A stretch of DNA of 64,000 nt from Candidatus Velthaea sp. (GTDB lineage Bacteria; Vulcanimicrobiota; Vulcanimicrobiia; Vulcanimicrobiales; Vulcanimicrobiaceae): positions 12,960 through 76,959 of the forward strand of contig JBEKHC010000009.1 in NCBI GenBank assembly GCA_050012475.1, written 5' to 3'. The notes beneath the pieces were generated by a model that did no database searches, was not told where the DNA came from, and worked only from the letters and a program-made list of their open reading frames with translations. This document shows, in pieces, positions 10,093-20,308 of the stretch. The position numbers and the translations under genes are program-made. Numbering within the stretch: the first letter of the stretch is position 1; each line of letters begins with the position of its first letter.

Positions 10093-10687
10093 TTAGCGTG
10101 TCGACGCTTCGCTCCCGCCTGGGCGTCCGATTCGCGCCCGTTCGTAGAGCGCATCGAGGTCGAGTACGTAGTCGATCGATGTAAGGACGATGGAACCACC
10201 GATGAAATCACGGGGTGCGACGAAGAGTCCCTGCGCATCACGAACGTAGAGAATGGCCCATCGCCTGCGTGAGTCGACGACGAGATACTCTTGGATCGAC
10301 GAAATCGCCTGATATTCGAGCAGCTTTGTGCCAAGATCGTCGTCCGCAGTGGGCTCGGAAAGCATCTCGATGACGAGCGACGGCCGGCGAACCTTGCGCA
10401 CCTCGTCATCCGATAGATCATTCTGATCGCAGGTGACCATCAGATCCGGAGCGCGCTCGTCGTCGCTCGCGTCCGAGAGTGCGAGGGTCGAGACGGGCAG
10501 TACATCGCACCCGCGCGCCTGCACGTGACTTTGCGAGAAGATTGCCGAGCGCGATAGCGAGGCGTTGATGGCGCTTTGTCGGTTTTGCTTGTGCGATAAT
10601 CTGACCGTTCACAAACTCGAACTTTTCGTCATGCGCTTCGCCGTAGGCGAGGAAGTCGGCATAGCTAATCCGTTCGGGGTTGAGCAT
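10093..10687 (-). pseudogene. Uma2-family (DUF820) endonuclease, frameshifted
   Basis: KFEFVNGQIIA...HQRLA in one frame, then PDLMVTCD...PSLVIEMLS...KLLEYQAISSIQEYLVVD in another; shift at about 10528. Confidence 0.85.
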
Positions 10688-10944
10688 CGGCAGTCCTCAA
10701 CGGGGGTCCCGGATTTTCGAGCCAGCCGACGGATTTCCGCGAGCCGGATGAACCCCGAGCGAGGTGCCGGGCAAGACTAAGGTTATCCAGCGCCGTTCTC
10801 GAAAAGTCTGACGGGGTCGCAAAAAGAAAGTTGTCTGCACCCCCGCAAGTCTTGTTGTGCGAAATAGGGATGTGCGAACGGCGCATATGGTCGAAGCGGA
10901 TATCTTCGGTGGCCGAGGTGTAGTTTACGGGGGACGGCGGGTGT

Positions 10945-11550
10945 ATGAAAACTGAGGCCGACCCGGACGCCCCTTCCACGTCATTGTCCGCTGAGCGTCT
11001 CGCCAGTTTGAGCGATGGGATGTTCGGTGTCGCGATGACTCTGCTTGTAACGACGCTGATCTTGCCCGTCCAGGCGCTGACGGGATCGGCCGTCAATGTG
11101 GTACATGATTTGGGCAGGGCGCTTTCCCCCGTTGTGCTCAGCTTCGCCATCTCCGGCGTTTTCTGGTTAGCGCAGCAGCGTCAGCTCTCGATGACGCGCT
11201 TCATAACGCCTTTACCGACGCTGCTGCACTTTATTTTCTTGTTTCTCATCGTGCTCTTGCCGATCACGACCGCCCTTTCTAACCGCGGTGTCGAAACACA
11301 ATGGGTGGTCATGATCTATGGGACGCATCTCGCGCTGCTCGGTTTGGTAAACCTGCTGCTTTGGATCGAAGTCCGCAACGTCGCGCCCCCGGGCCGGATC
11401 GTGGGGTCGTCGTTAATGCTAGTGTCGTTGGTCGCGGCACTGGCCATCGGCGCGGTCTGGCCCGCGGCCGCCCAATACTTCTGGTATGCCGGTTTCGTTC
11501 TGCCGTGGATCGGCCGACAACTTACGCGTAGGTTCTCGAAAACGCAATAA
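10945..11550 (+). CDS. TMEM175 (DUF1211) family membrane protein, putative K+ channel
   Basis: ERLASLSDGMFGVAMTLLV signature and several TM helices. Confidence 0.85.
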   Translation: MKTEADPDAPSTSLSAERLASLSDGMFGVAMTLLVTTLILPVQALTGSAVNVVHDLGRALSPVVLSFAISGVFWLAQQRQLSMTRFITPLPTLLHFIFLFLIVLLPITTALSNRGVETQWVVMIYGTHLALLGLVNLLLWIEVRNVAPPGRIVGSSLMLVSLVAALAIGAVWPAAAQYFWYAGFVLPWIGRQLTRRFSKTQ

Positions 11551-11633
11551 GTCGGCATTTAAAGCGCGGCATCATCGTAGAGGTACTTCAGGTGTTGGAT
11601 GGAGATCGGCGATGACCGCGAAAGCGTTTTCTG

Positions 11634-12758
11634 GTGTTTACGTTTGCTCGAAGGAGCGTCGTTGCTCTCGCTGCAGCCCTAGTGGTCATTTCTCTCACTC
11701 TCGATGCCCAAGTCGCAAGTGCGGCGGAAAGCGCCGTCGGATTTACGTTTGTGAGCGTCCCGGGCGACACCGCTCTTCGCGGTGACGCCTCCGGGCGCCT
11801 AAAGGTCGTCGTTTGGTACCCGGCTCCCCGCCAAACAGTGGTGCGGGCGATCGCCGTCGGACCACCGAACGCGCCGTATTTTGCTGAAGGCGAGGGCGCG
11901 CAGGACGCGCCAATCGCAAACGCGCCCAAGCCCCGGCCGTTCGTCGTGGTCTCACACGGTACCGGCGGAACGGCGATGGACCTGGCCTGGTTGTGTGCCG
12001 GCCTCGCGGCGCGTGGCTATATTGTCGCGGCGGTCAATCATCCCGGAAACAACGCGCTCGCACCGCCGACGATCGCCGGGAATACCGTGTGGTGGTTGCG
12101 CGCGGACGATTTGTCGCGAGTCATCGACGGTTTGTTGGCGACGCCGCGTTTTGGATCGCGCATCGATCGCGCTCGGATCGGCGCTGCTGGCCTCTCGCTC
12201 GGCGGTTTCACCGTGCTGGTGTTGGCCGGCGCTCGGGCCGATAGCCGTCTTCTCGGCCCGTATTGCGCGCACAAGCCGAAGACACCGGTGTGCAGCGGTG
12301 AAGCCACTCCGGAAATTCCCAACCTCAAGGCAAAGGCGCAGGCGCTCGCGGCCAGCGATGCCAAATATCGAGCCGCCGTAGCAGCCAACGTGAATCTGCA
12401 TCATGACTCACGGATCAAAGCGGTGTTGTCTATCGAGCCCGCCGAAGGACCGGCAACCATTCCGGAAAGCCTCGCCGCGATCGACATCCCGATCGCGTTC
12501 GTCGCAGGCTTCGGTGATCGGATTCTGCCGCTATCGGACAACATCATCCCCGATGCGCTTGCCGTACCGAACGCACAGCTTATGCTTTTACCGAAGCCTG
12601 CCGGCCACTATACATTTCTGATGGATTGCACGTCTGCGGGTCGTCAGAAGTACCCAGCGATCTGCGCTGACGCGGGATCCGAGCGCGTCGCCGTTCACCA
12701 TGATACCCTCGAGCTGGCGACATCATTTTTTGCGCGGACAATCGGAGTTACGCCGTAA
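11634..12758 (+). CDS. Secreted alpha/beta hydrolase (dienelactone hydrolase/PAF-AH-like)
   Basis: Signal peptide, VVSHGTGG, GLSLGG nucleophile elbow, AGHYTF. Confidence 0.85.
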   Translation: MFTFARRSVVALAAALVVISLTLDAQVASAAESAVGFTFVSVPGDTALRGDASGRLKVVVWYPAPRQTVVRAIAVGPPNAPYFAEGEGAQDAPIANAPKPRPFVVVSHGTGGTAMDLAWLCAGLAARGYIVAAVNHPGNNALAPPTIAGNTVWWLRADDLSRVIDGLLATPRFGSRIDRARIGAAGLSLGGFTVLVLAGARADSRLLGPYCAHKPKTPVCSGEATPEIPNLKAKAQALAASDAKYRAAVAANVNLHHDSRIKAVLSIEPAEGPATIPESLAAIDIPIAFVAGFGDRILPLSDNIIPDALAVPNAQLMLLPKPAGHYTFLMDCTSAGRQKYPAICADAGSERVAVHHDTLELATSFFARTIGVTP

Positions 12759-12905
12759 CGAAAACAACGGCCGCGGCGCTCGTCGGACTTGTGCTCGGAT
12801 TTCGCTCACAAGAAGGAGAGCGGTGCCGAAAAGCCGCAGGTGCTTTATGCGTTAGCGGGCAGAGCTAACAAGAAGACTGGCGACAAGAAGGGTCGAGGCC
12901 GTAAC

Positions 12906-13156
12906 GTGCTCGTTGCGTATGACGATCGCCTGACCGAACACCTCGCCGGAGTGGGGCATCCCGAGCGGCCCGGTCGCGTGCGCATCATCGCGCGCGAACT
13001 CGAACGGCGGGAGATGCTCGACGAGCGCATTGATACCGCCGTCGTACAAGCCGGGGAACTCGCACGCGTCGACATGCGGCGCTTCGTCGAACTGGTCGGC
13101 ACGAGTGCCTGCGGCTCAAACCGGTTGACGCCGAGCTGGTCTCGAGCGGTGACACT
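12906..13156 (+). pseudogene. N-terminal remnant of a histone-deacetylase-family protein
   Basis: VLVAYDDRLTEHLAGVGHPERPGRV (HPE-x-P-x-R motif)...ELARV, then after a shift near 13095 RHECLRL...SSGDT. The catalytic region is absent. Confidence 0.75.
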
Positions 13157-16006
13157 TTGGAACGCATGGAATGGCCGACCGGCAAGGATTCTCCGCCGGA
13201 TCAGTCGCTGGCCGGCGCTCTCCGTTGTGACGACGGGAACCGTCCGGTCCACATGGCCATAGAGGATCTGGCGCGCCACTCCAAGCTCCCGGCAGAGATT
13301 ACTCCGCGCGACGCCATGGGTTTAATGGTGAACCCCATCGAGGCGCTGTTTCGACCGCGCAGCATCGCGGTCATCGGCGCGACCAACAAGCCGCCCAAGC
13401 GCGGGGCCGGCGTCTTCGTCAACCTGATGGCGAACGCGTGTGGCGCCACGGTGTATCCGGTGAATCCGCAACACGCGACAGTGTTTGACCAGATCTGTTA
13501 CCCTTCGATCCTGGATGTGCCCGGCCGCGTCGATCTGGCGGTGATCGCAACGCATGCGAGCGCGATCCCGGAAATCGTCGGCCAGTGCATCGCGGCCAAG
13601 GTCCGAGCCGCGATCGGGCTGGCCTCGACATTCCGGGAACGGGGACCTGACGGCGGCGGGACGTTGGACGATGCGCTTCTCGAGCGAGCCCGCGCCGGCG
13701 GGCTGCGCATCCTTGGGCCGAATTCTTTGGGTCTGATGTTGCCTGGACTCAACGTGACGTTTGCAAAGACGGCGGCGAAACCGGGTACCGTTGCCTTCGC
13801 GAGTCAAAGTGCATCGCTTTGCGCGTCGATTCTGGACTGGAGCCTCACGCAAGGGTTCGGGTTGAGCGCATTCATCTCGATGGGTTCGATGCTTGACGTC
13901 GGTTGGGGCGACGTCATCGGCTATCTGGGCGACGACTCGCGCACCAAGAGCATCGTGCTGTTTATGGAGTCGGTCGGCGATGCACGGTCGTTTCTGTCCG
14001 CTGCGCGCGCAGTCGCACAAACCAAGCCGATCATCGTCCTCAAGGCTGGCCGCAGCGAGGACGCGGCAAAAGTGGCGGCATCGCATACGGGCAAGCTCAC
14101 CGGCAGCGACGAGGTCCTCGATGCGGCATTCCGCCGGTGTGGTGTGTTGCGCGTTGAGACGATCGGCGAACTCTTTGCGATGGCCGAGGTGTTGGCGAAA
14201 CAGCCTCGGCCCCGAGGGAACCGTTTGGCGATCGTCACCAACGCCGGCGGTGCGGCGGTCCTGGCGGTCGACGCGCTCATTGGAGGTGGTGGCCAGACGG
14301 CCTCGCTGGACGAATCGACACGAAATCAACTCGATGTGCAACTGGCACCGTTCTGGAGTCGCTCGAACCCCATCGATATCCACGGCGACGCCACATCCGA
14401 GGATTTCGCCAAAGCAGTCGAAACTGCCGCGGCTGACGCGGGCAACGATGGAATCCTCGTCACGTTCTCACCGCAAGCCGGACAGGGGGCAGTCGAGGTG
14501 GCGCAGCGGCTGATACCGTTTGCCAAGCTGCCGCACAAGCCGATTCTTGCAAGCTGGATGGGTGGTGCCGATGTGGCAGACGGGACGGGTGTGTTGGAAC
14601 GAGCCGGCATTCCGACCTTCGGCTTCCCCGACGCTGCTGCGCGGATATTTAATTACATGTGGCGCTACGACGCGAACTTGCTCGCGCTCTTTGAGACGCC
14701 GGCGGCTTTGCCCGAAGAGCTTGCGCCCGACCGCGCTGCCGTCAGCGCCCTGTTCGCACGGGCGCGGGCCGATCGGCGGACGGTCCTCACTGCCGCAGAA
14801 TCGGTGTGTCTGCTCGAGGCGTACGAGATTCCAAGTGTCCCGACGCGGGTCGCAAGCACTCCGGAGGCAGCCGTCGCTGCGGCAGAGTCGTTCGGCTTTC
14901 CAGTGGCAGTAAAGTTGCGGTCCGACACCGTTCTGCATAAGGCTGACGTCGGCGGCATCCGACTGAGTGTTCGCGACGCCGGTGGGGTCGCGCAGGCGTT
15001 TGCCGATATTGCTGCGGCGGCCCGCGCCGAGGCACAGCCGGGCGCCTTCCAAGGCGTGGTGGTCCAGCCGATGATCGCCACCGAAGACGGCTACAACCTC
15101 ATTCTCGGGAGCAGCGTCGACCCGCAGTTTGGCCCTGTGCTCCTGTTCGGCTACGGCGGCAGGTTGGTCGAAATTCTTCGCGACCAAGCGCTCGGGTTAC
15201 CGCCACTGAACGAGACGCTCGCACGCCGCATGATCGAAGGAACCCGAATCTCCAAGGCGTTGGCCAACACGCTCGGCCGGCGCGGAGTCGACAAAGGCGC
15301 ACTCGCGCGTCTGCTCGTCCGGTTCAGCGCGTTGATCGTCGATCAGCCGCGCATCAAAGAGCTGGACATCAACCCGTTCTTCGCCACGCGCAACTCATTC
15401 ATCGCGCTCGACACGCGCGTCGTGCTGCATCCATTCGAGTTCGCCGACGATGCGTTGCCGCGACCGGCGATTCGGCCGTACCCGTCGGAGTATGTCGGGA
15501 CGTGCACCTTGCCTGACGGCACCGTCTTGATGGTTCGACCCATCCGGCCGGAGGACGAGCACTTGATGCGGCCCTTTCACGAAAAGATTTCCGACGAGAG
15601 CGTGTACACTCGCTACACGCACGCTTTTCGCTTAGCGGGCCGCATCGCGCACGAATATCTCTCGCGCATGTGCTTCATCGACTACCTGCAAGAGATGGCC
15701 CTCGTCGCTGTCTCTGCCAATGCGGCAGGAGAACCGGAGATCGTGGGCGTCGGACGATTGCTCATGGAGCGCAACCGCAATGAAGCCGAATTCGCGGTGC
15801 TCATTACCGACGAGTTTCAGCGCCGTGGGATGGGCACTGAGCTCCTGCGCCAACTCGTCGAGATCGGGCGGAAGGAGCACGTCTCTCGCATCGTCGGTTA
15901 TATTTTGACTACTAATTCCGCGATGCTTCATGCTTGCAAACACCTTGGGTTTCGTCACGAACACGAACTCGGCGACGAGATGGTTCGGTCGATCATCGAC
16001 CTTTGA
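13157..16006 (+). CDS. Acyl-CoA synthetase (NDP-forming)-GNAT fusion, Pat/YfiQ-type protein lysine acetyltransferase
   Basis: LFRPRSIAVIGA, GPNSLG, SQSA, SHTG, TNAGG, HKADVGG, DPQFGP and a C-terminal GNAT (AEFAVLITDEFQRRGMG). True start may be ATG 13316 or 13325. Confidence 0.92.
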   Translation: MERMEWPTGKDSPPDQSLAGALRCDDGNRPVHMAIEDLARHSKLPAEITPRDAMGLMVNPIEALFRPRSIAVIGATNKPPKRGAGVFVNLMANACGATVYPVNPQHATVFDQICYPSILDVPGRVDLAVIATHASAIPEIVGQCIAAKVRAAIGLASTFRERGPDGGGTLDDALLERARAGGLRILGPNSLGLMLPGLNVTFAKTAAKPGTVAFASQSASLCASILDWSLTQGFGLSAFISMGSMLDVGWGDVIGYLGDDSRTKSIVLFMESVGDARSFLSAARAVAQTKPIIVLKAGRSEDAAKVAASHTGKLTGSDEVLDAAFRRCGVLRVETIGELFAMAEVLAKQPRPRGNRLAIVTNAGGAAVLAVDALIGGGGQTASLDESTRNQLDVQLAPFWSRSNPIDIHGDATSEDFAKAVETAAADAGNDGILVTFSPQAGQGAVEVAQRLIPFAKLPHKPILASWMGGADVADGTGVLERAGIPTFGFPDAAARIFNYMWRYDANLLALFETPAALPEELAPDRAAVSALFARARADRRTVLTAAESVCLLEAYEIPSVPTRVASTPEAAVAAAESFGFPVAVKLRSDTVLHKADVGGIRLSVRDAGGVAQAFADIAAAARAEAQPGAFQGVVVQPMIATEDGYNLILGSSVDPQFGPVLLFGYGGRLVEILRDQALGLPPLNETLARRMIEGTRISKALANTLGRRGVDKGALARLLVRFSALIVDQPRIKELDINPFFATRNSFIALDTRVVLHPFEFADDALPRPAIRPYPSEYVGTCTLPDGTVLMVRPIRPEDEHLMRPFHEKISDESVYTRYTHAFRLAGRIAHEYLSRMCFIDYLQEMALVAVSANAAGEPEIVGVGRLLMERNRNEAEFAVLITDEFQRRGMGTELLRQLVEIGRKEHVSRIVGYILTTNSAMLHACKHLGFRHEHELGDEMVRSIIDL

Positions 16007-16302
16007 CCGCAAGCTGACACCACTCAGGCATCGCTTAAACGCCGTGCGAGAGGCTTTGAAGGCGTGGCTCGTCGCTCCGGAAGCGCGATCCGTGACGATC
16101 TGTAGTGCGCTCCTCTGCCTTGCTTCGAGCAGCAGGTTCGTAGAGGCCATTGCGACCGCTCTGCGGCGAGTGGCGCCACCGCGATCGCTGCGCCGCAGGT
16201 TTCGGCGGCTATCCGAAATCCAGACCGTCGATCTGGGCGGCCGGCCAGGCGCGCAGCTTCTCAGGCTTGCTTCGAATGGTCATATCCGTTAGACTAGGTC
16301 GT

Positions 16303-16569
16303 GTGAACAAGACTATCGGCATTGCGGAAGCGAAGGCTCGGCTTTCCGAAGTGATCGATCGTGTGGAATCGGGCGAAACGATAATTATCGCGCGTAACGG
16401 AGCACCCGTTGCGGAGCTGAGGCCGCTGGGGAAAGTGTCTCCCGAGGACGCCGTAAGGCGGATTCGGGCGATCGGGCTTCGGGTGGCCAAGCGAAATCGG
16501 GGCAAGGACTCTTGGCCGCCCAGCGGGACGAGTCTGCGTGACGTCGCCCACGATCGACACCGCTTCTAA
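16303..16569 (+). CDS. Phd/YefM-family antitoxin
   Basis: IGIAEAKARLSEVIDRVESGETIIIARNGAPVAEL; TAGACT -10 box 7 nt upstream of GTG. Confidence 0.88.
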   Translation: MNKTIGIAEAKARLSEVIDRVESGETIIIARNGAPVAELRPLGKVSPEDAVRRIRAIGLRVAKRNRGKDSWPPSGTSLRDVAHDRHRF

Positions 16570-16570
16570 C

Positions 16571-16926
16571 ATGGCGGTAGTCGTCGATGTTTCGATCGCG
16601 GCGAAATGGTTTCTCCCCGATGAACGTAGCCAAGCCGCTGGCACTTTGCTCGATCGCGTCTCAAAAGGCGGGGCGTACGTTCCGGCATTCTTTCGCTGGG
16701 AGTCGATGCTGCCTTGGAATCGCTGCGGGACCTGCCCATCGCCTTCGAACCTGCGGGCGACCGCTTCTTCTCCGGGAACGAAGTTCGGCTTGCACGTCAC
16801 TATGACTTGACCCCTTATGATGCCGCGTATTTGTGCCTTGCGGCAAGCCGCAATATTCCGCTGGCCACAACGGATGCCGCCCTGGCTCGGGCCGCACGTG
16901 ACCTCGGTCTCGTCGTTGTACCCTAA
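16571..16926 (+). pseudogene. VapC (PIN-domain) toxin with an internal deletion and frameshift
   Basis: MAVVVDVSIAAKWFLPDE...VPAFFRWE, then VDAALESL...LTPYDAAYLCLA...LATTDAAL in another frame; junction at about 16702. Confidence 0.85.
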
Positions 16927-16938
16927 CGGCAAGGCGTC

Positions 16939-18030
16939 ATGAGGAGGCAGACCATCGACCGTCGAGCGGCGGGTGTTTCGTCGGAGGCGCTTCGCGTCAA
17001 ACGCGTGTGGTGGCTTCCGAGTATCTGTCTCCTCTCGCTCGTGCTCACCGCTGCGGCAACCGCCCTCGCGCGGGCTTTTCCTCTGCCGTCGTTTCCGCGG
17101 TACGCGCCCATCGACCGCCCGGGACCGGCGGTCACCGTTTCGGAAGCCGCGGTTGAACGGAACCTCTTCTGTTGGCATCCGCCGGCGCCGCGCGGCCGAC
17201 CCGTTCTGCTGGTTCCTGGAACGGGCACGATTCCTAGCGTCGACTATGCCTGGAACTACGAACGGGCGTTCCGGAAGACCGGCGTCGCGTGGTGTGCGCT
17301 CACATTGCCGGCGAGCGCGAACGGCGACATCCAGACCGCCGGCGAATACATCGTTGCCGCGACCCGGGTGATGGCGAAGGCGAGCCGCTCGAAGATCGAC
17401 ATCGTGGGTTGGAGTCAAGGCGGCATGGTACCGCGCTGGGCGCTTCGATTTTGGCCCGACACGCGGACACTCGTTGCAAACGTCGTCGGACTCGCTCCGT
17501 CAAACCACGGAACCACCGCCGTTGCCGGAGTCTGTCGTTCGTCGTGTCTGCCGGCATTGCGGCAGCAAGGCAGAGCGTCGCGCTTCATCTTTGCACTCAA
17601 TAGCTATGCCGAAACGTTTCCGGGTATCGCCTACACGAACATTTACACGCGTCACGATGATATCGTCATACCGAATCTGGATGCGACGGGAAGTTCAGCG
17701 CTGCACACGGGCGCCGGCGTCATCTCGAACGTCGCCCTTCAGGACGTCTGCCCGCAGAATAAGGCGCGCCATTTCGCCATCGGAACGTACGATCCGGTTG
17801 CCTACGCGCTTGTCACGGATGCGCTTTCACATAGCGGTCAGGGCGCGTCCGCGGCGCGGCTTTCGCGGGCGGTTTGTCGGCAGAGCTACCAGGCCGGGGT
17901 AAACCCCGCGGCATTCCGGCGCGATTTCGCTGCGCTCAACGCGTTTGTCGCCGCAAATCGGTACGTCGGCGGCACCAGCCGGTCCGAGCCGCCGCTGGCG
18001 CCATATGTATTTGCGTCAGATCGCAGATAA
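16939..18030 (+). CDS. Secreted lipase, Candida antarctica lipase B (CALB)-like
   Basis: PVLLVPGTG, DIQTAGEY, GWSQGG, APSNHGT, DDIV and a signal peptide. Confidence 0.82.
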   Translation: MRRQTIDRRAAGVSSEALRVKRVWWLPSICLLSLVLTAAATALARAFPLPSFPRYAPIDRPGPAVTVSEAAVERNLFCWHPPAPRGRPVLLVPGTGTIPSVDYAWNYERAFRKTGVAWCALTLPASANGDIQTAGEYIVAATRVMAKASRSKIDIVGWSQGGMVPRWALRFWPDTRTLVANVVGLAPSNHGTTAVAGVCRSSCLPALRQQGRASRFIFALNSYAETFPGIAYTNIYTRHDDIVIPNLDATGSSALHTGAGVISNVALQDVCPQNKARHFAIGTYDPVAYALVTDALSHSGQGASAARLSRAVCRQSYQAGVNPAAFRRDFAALNAFVAANRYVGGTSRSEPPLAPYVFASDRR

Positions 18031-18161
18031 CGCACGCGCGTTTGCGCATACCGAACATTCGTAGCCGTCAACCAGGTGCGCTACGGTCAGCGATAAGGAC
18101 GAAAGAAGGCGCGAATCTCGGCGGCCAAGAGACCGGGTTGCTCGATATGAAAGCGCGGCGG

Positions 18162-18632
18162 TCAGCCAGCAGCACCCTCGAGCGCGTCGAACCGCACGCG
18201 CGCCCGCAGTACGACGGGGTGGCTGCGCTCCGCCCACTCCACGAGGGCGCTCATCGACTCGAGGAGCGATTCACCCAGCTCGGTCAAGCGGTATTCAACG
18301 CTCGGCGGTTTGGTCGCGAACACGTGGCGCGAAATCATGCCGTCGCGTTCGAGCGAGCGCAGCGTCTGGGTCAGCATCCGCTTCGAGATGTCGGGGACCG
18401 CGCGCCGCACCGCGCTGAAACGCAGCGGCTTAGCTGCGAGCGACATGAGAATGAGCGTCGACCACTTGTCCCCGATGGAGTCGAGCAGATCGCGCGTGGG
18501 GCAAAGCCATCCCTCCAAGCTCCGGCGCTGCCAATCAGCAAAATACGCGGCGAAGCGCGCGCGCGCCGCGCCATGGGGTTCCTTCGGGGTAACCTCGGCA
18601 CCATTTTCTGCCTCATTGTGGCTGACGACCAT
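18162..18632 (-). CDS. HxlR-family transcriptional regulator
   Basis: [15 protein letters not shown]...[17 protein letters not shown]...[15 protein letters not shown] 7 nt before ATG. Confidence 0.92.
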   Translation of the reverse strand: MVVSHNEAENGAEVTPKEPHGAARARFAAYFADWQRRSLEGWLCPTRDLLDSIGDKWSTLILMSLAAKPLRFSAVRRAVPDISKRMLTQTLRSLERDGMISRHVFATKPPSVEYRLTELGESLLESMSALVEWAERSHPVVLRARVRFDALEGAAG

Positions 18633-18680
18633 GGTCTCTATTATAGTCCAATCCTCAATTCGTTTCCTGGAAGGGACACC

Positions 18681-19548
18681 ATGTCAGCGAACAAACCACC
18701 GCCTCCTCATTACCAGAGCAAGCGGTCAGCTCGGCCGCCTCGTCATCGAACACCTGCGCCGACCCCACCCCGATGCCGACATCACGGCAATGGTCCGCAC
18801 TCCGCAAGCAGCGGACGTGCTCGCGCCATTTAGCGTCACGACGCGGAAAGCCGATTATACCGATCCCGCGTCGCTCGACGCGGCCCTGACCGGCATCGAT
18901 CGGGTACTGTTGATCTCATCAAGCGTCCTTGGTAAGCGCGCTGCGCACCATAAGAACGTCATCGAGGCGGCAATGCGGTCCAGCGTGTCGCTCATCGCTT
19001 ACACCAGCATTTTGCGAGCCGACACGTCGGAGCTGAGCCTCGCTGCCGAACATTTGGCAACCGAAAAGATGTTGCGCGAGACCGGACTGCCGTACGTCCT
19101 ATTGCGCAACGGCTGGTACCTAGAGAACGATACCGCGATGCTTGCGCCGGCGGTCGCGAACGGCGCAATCATCGGCAGCGCCGGCGACGGACGACTTTCG
19201 TCCGCGAGCCGATCGAACTATGCGGAGGCGGCAGCATTGGTCCTGCTGCACGGGGCGCCCGCCGGTACCATCTACGAACTTGCCGGCGACGAAGCGTTCA
19301 CGTTGACGCAGCTTGCGGCGTCGGTGAGCCAACGAACTGGAAAGACGGTTGGCTATCGGAACATGAGCGAGGTGGAATACCGCGCGGCCTTGCTCGGCAT
19401 GGGTCTACCGGACGCTGTGGCGACGATGCTCGCGGAAACCAGTGCTCGCACGGCGAAGGGCGCCCTCGAAGATCACGGTCGCGTGCTGAGCCGCCTTATA
19501 GGCCATCCCACGACACCGCTCGCCGACGCCGTAGCCGCCGTTGTATAA
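18681..19548 (+). pseudogene. NmrA/QorB-like NAD(P)H quinone oxidoreductase with a frameshift near the start
   Basis: ATG 18681 has an RBS but is out of frame with the body (LLITRASGQLG...LRNGWYLEN). The Rossmann motif reads TRASGQLG rather than TGASGQLG. Confidence 0.75.
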
Positions 19549-19549
19549 C

Positions 19550-19995
19550 GTGGTTGACGGACGAGCATTCCTGCTGTGGCTTCATGTCGGCGCGATGATG
19601 CTCGCGTTCGCGGGTTGCCGATTGCCGGAGTTATCTTTCGGGTGATCGTGCAGCACCTCGATGAGCAACGGGTATTGCAGATGCTGGCTACCGCCTTCAG
19701 TCGCATCTTCGCAGCCGGCGGCGTATCGGTCGGGATAGGAGTGCTGTCCGGTGTGTTGCTTGCGCATACATACGGTTACGCGTCTGGCTGGCTCGTGCTG
19801 TGCTATGTGCTTTCAACAATTGCGGCGCTCATCGGTATTCTGATCGACGAACCGTGGTCGCGACGCCTCGCCTCTGTGGACCGCCAAAATTTACCGCTCG
19901 TCCGTAGCGCGTTGCTGCCACGTGTCGCCGCTCCACTCGGAATCGCCGTTTGGCTCTCCATTCTCTGGCTGACGATTGCGAAGCCATCCCTATAA
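19550..19995 (+). pseudogene. DUF2269-like membrane protein, frameshifted
   Basis: GTG 19550 frame gives FLLWLHVGAMMLAFAG; after a shift near 19612 the body ends WLTIAKP. Confidence 0.65.
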
Positions 19996-20308
19996 TGCTC
20001 CTGCAAAGTCGCCGTTTATCGCTGGGATCCGGAGCGGCCGGAAACTGATCTGGTCCGAGCGCCGGTGACGTGCCCCAGTGGTAATCGCCAGTCGTCATCA
20101 TGGACTTGTCTTCCGGAAATCGCCACCCTGAGGTCAAAGAGAAACGGCAAACTCGAGCGAACGATCTCAGGTGGTGTGGATGCGAATCTTCAACTCAGGA
20201 CACGGCAAGCAGAAGTGAGCGTGGTTCGACACGGAACTTATGCCGAACTGGTCCACGATTGAATCGCGACAGAACGGCCGTCACGCGCCGGTATGCTTTC
20301 CCAGTCAG

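Noticed and set aside
10810..10846. GGGGTC...CACCCC as a possible Tn3-type terminal repeat
   Set aside because: No 38-bp consensus, no partner repeat and no transposase in the window.
20140..20200. c-di-GMP-I riboswitch-like start (AAACGGCAAACTC)
   Set aside because: The expected GAAA loop, GACGCAAA junction and second stem do not follow.
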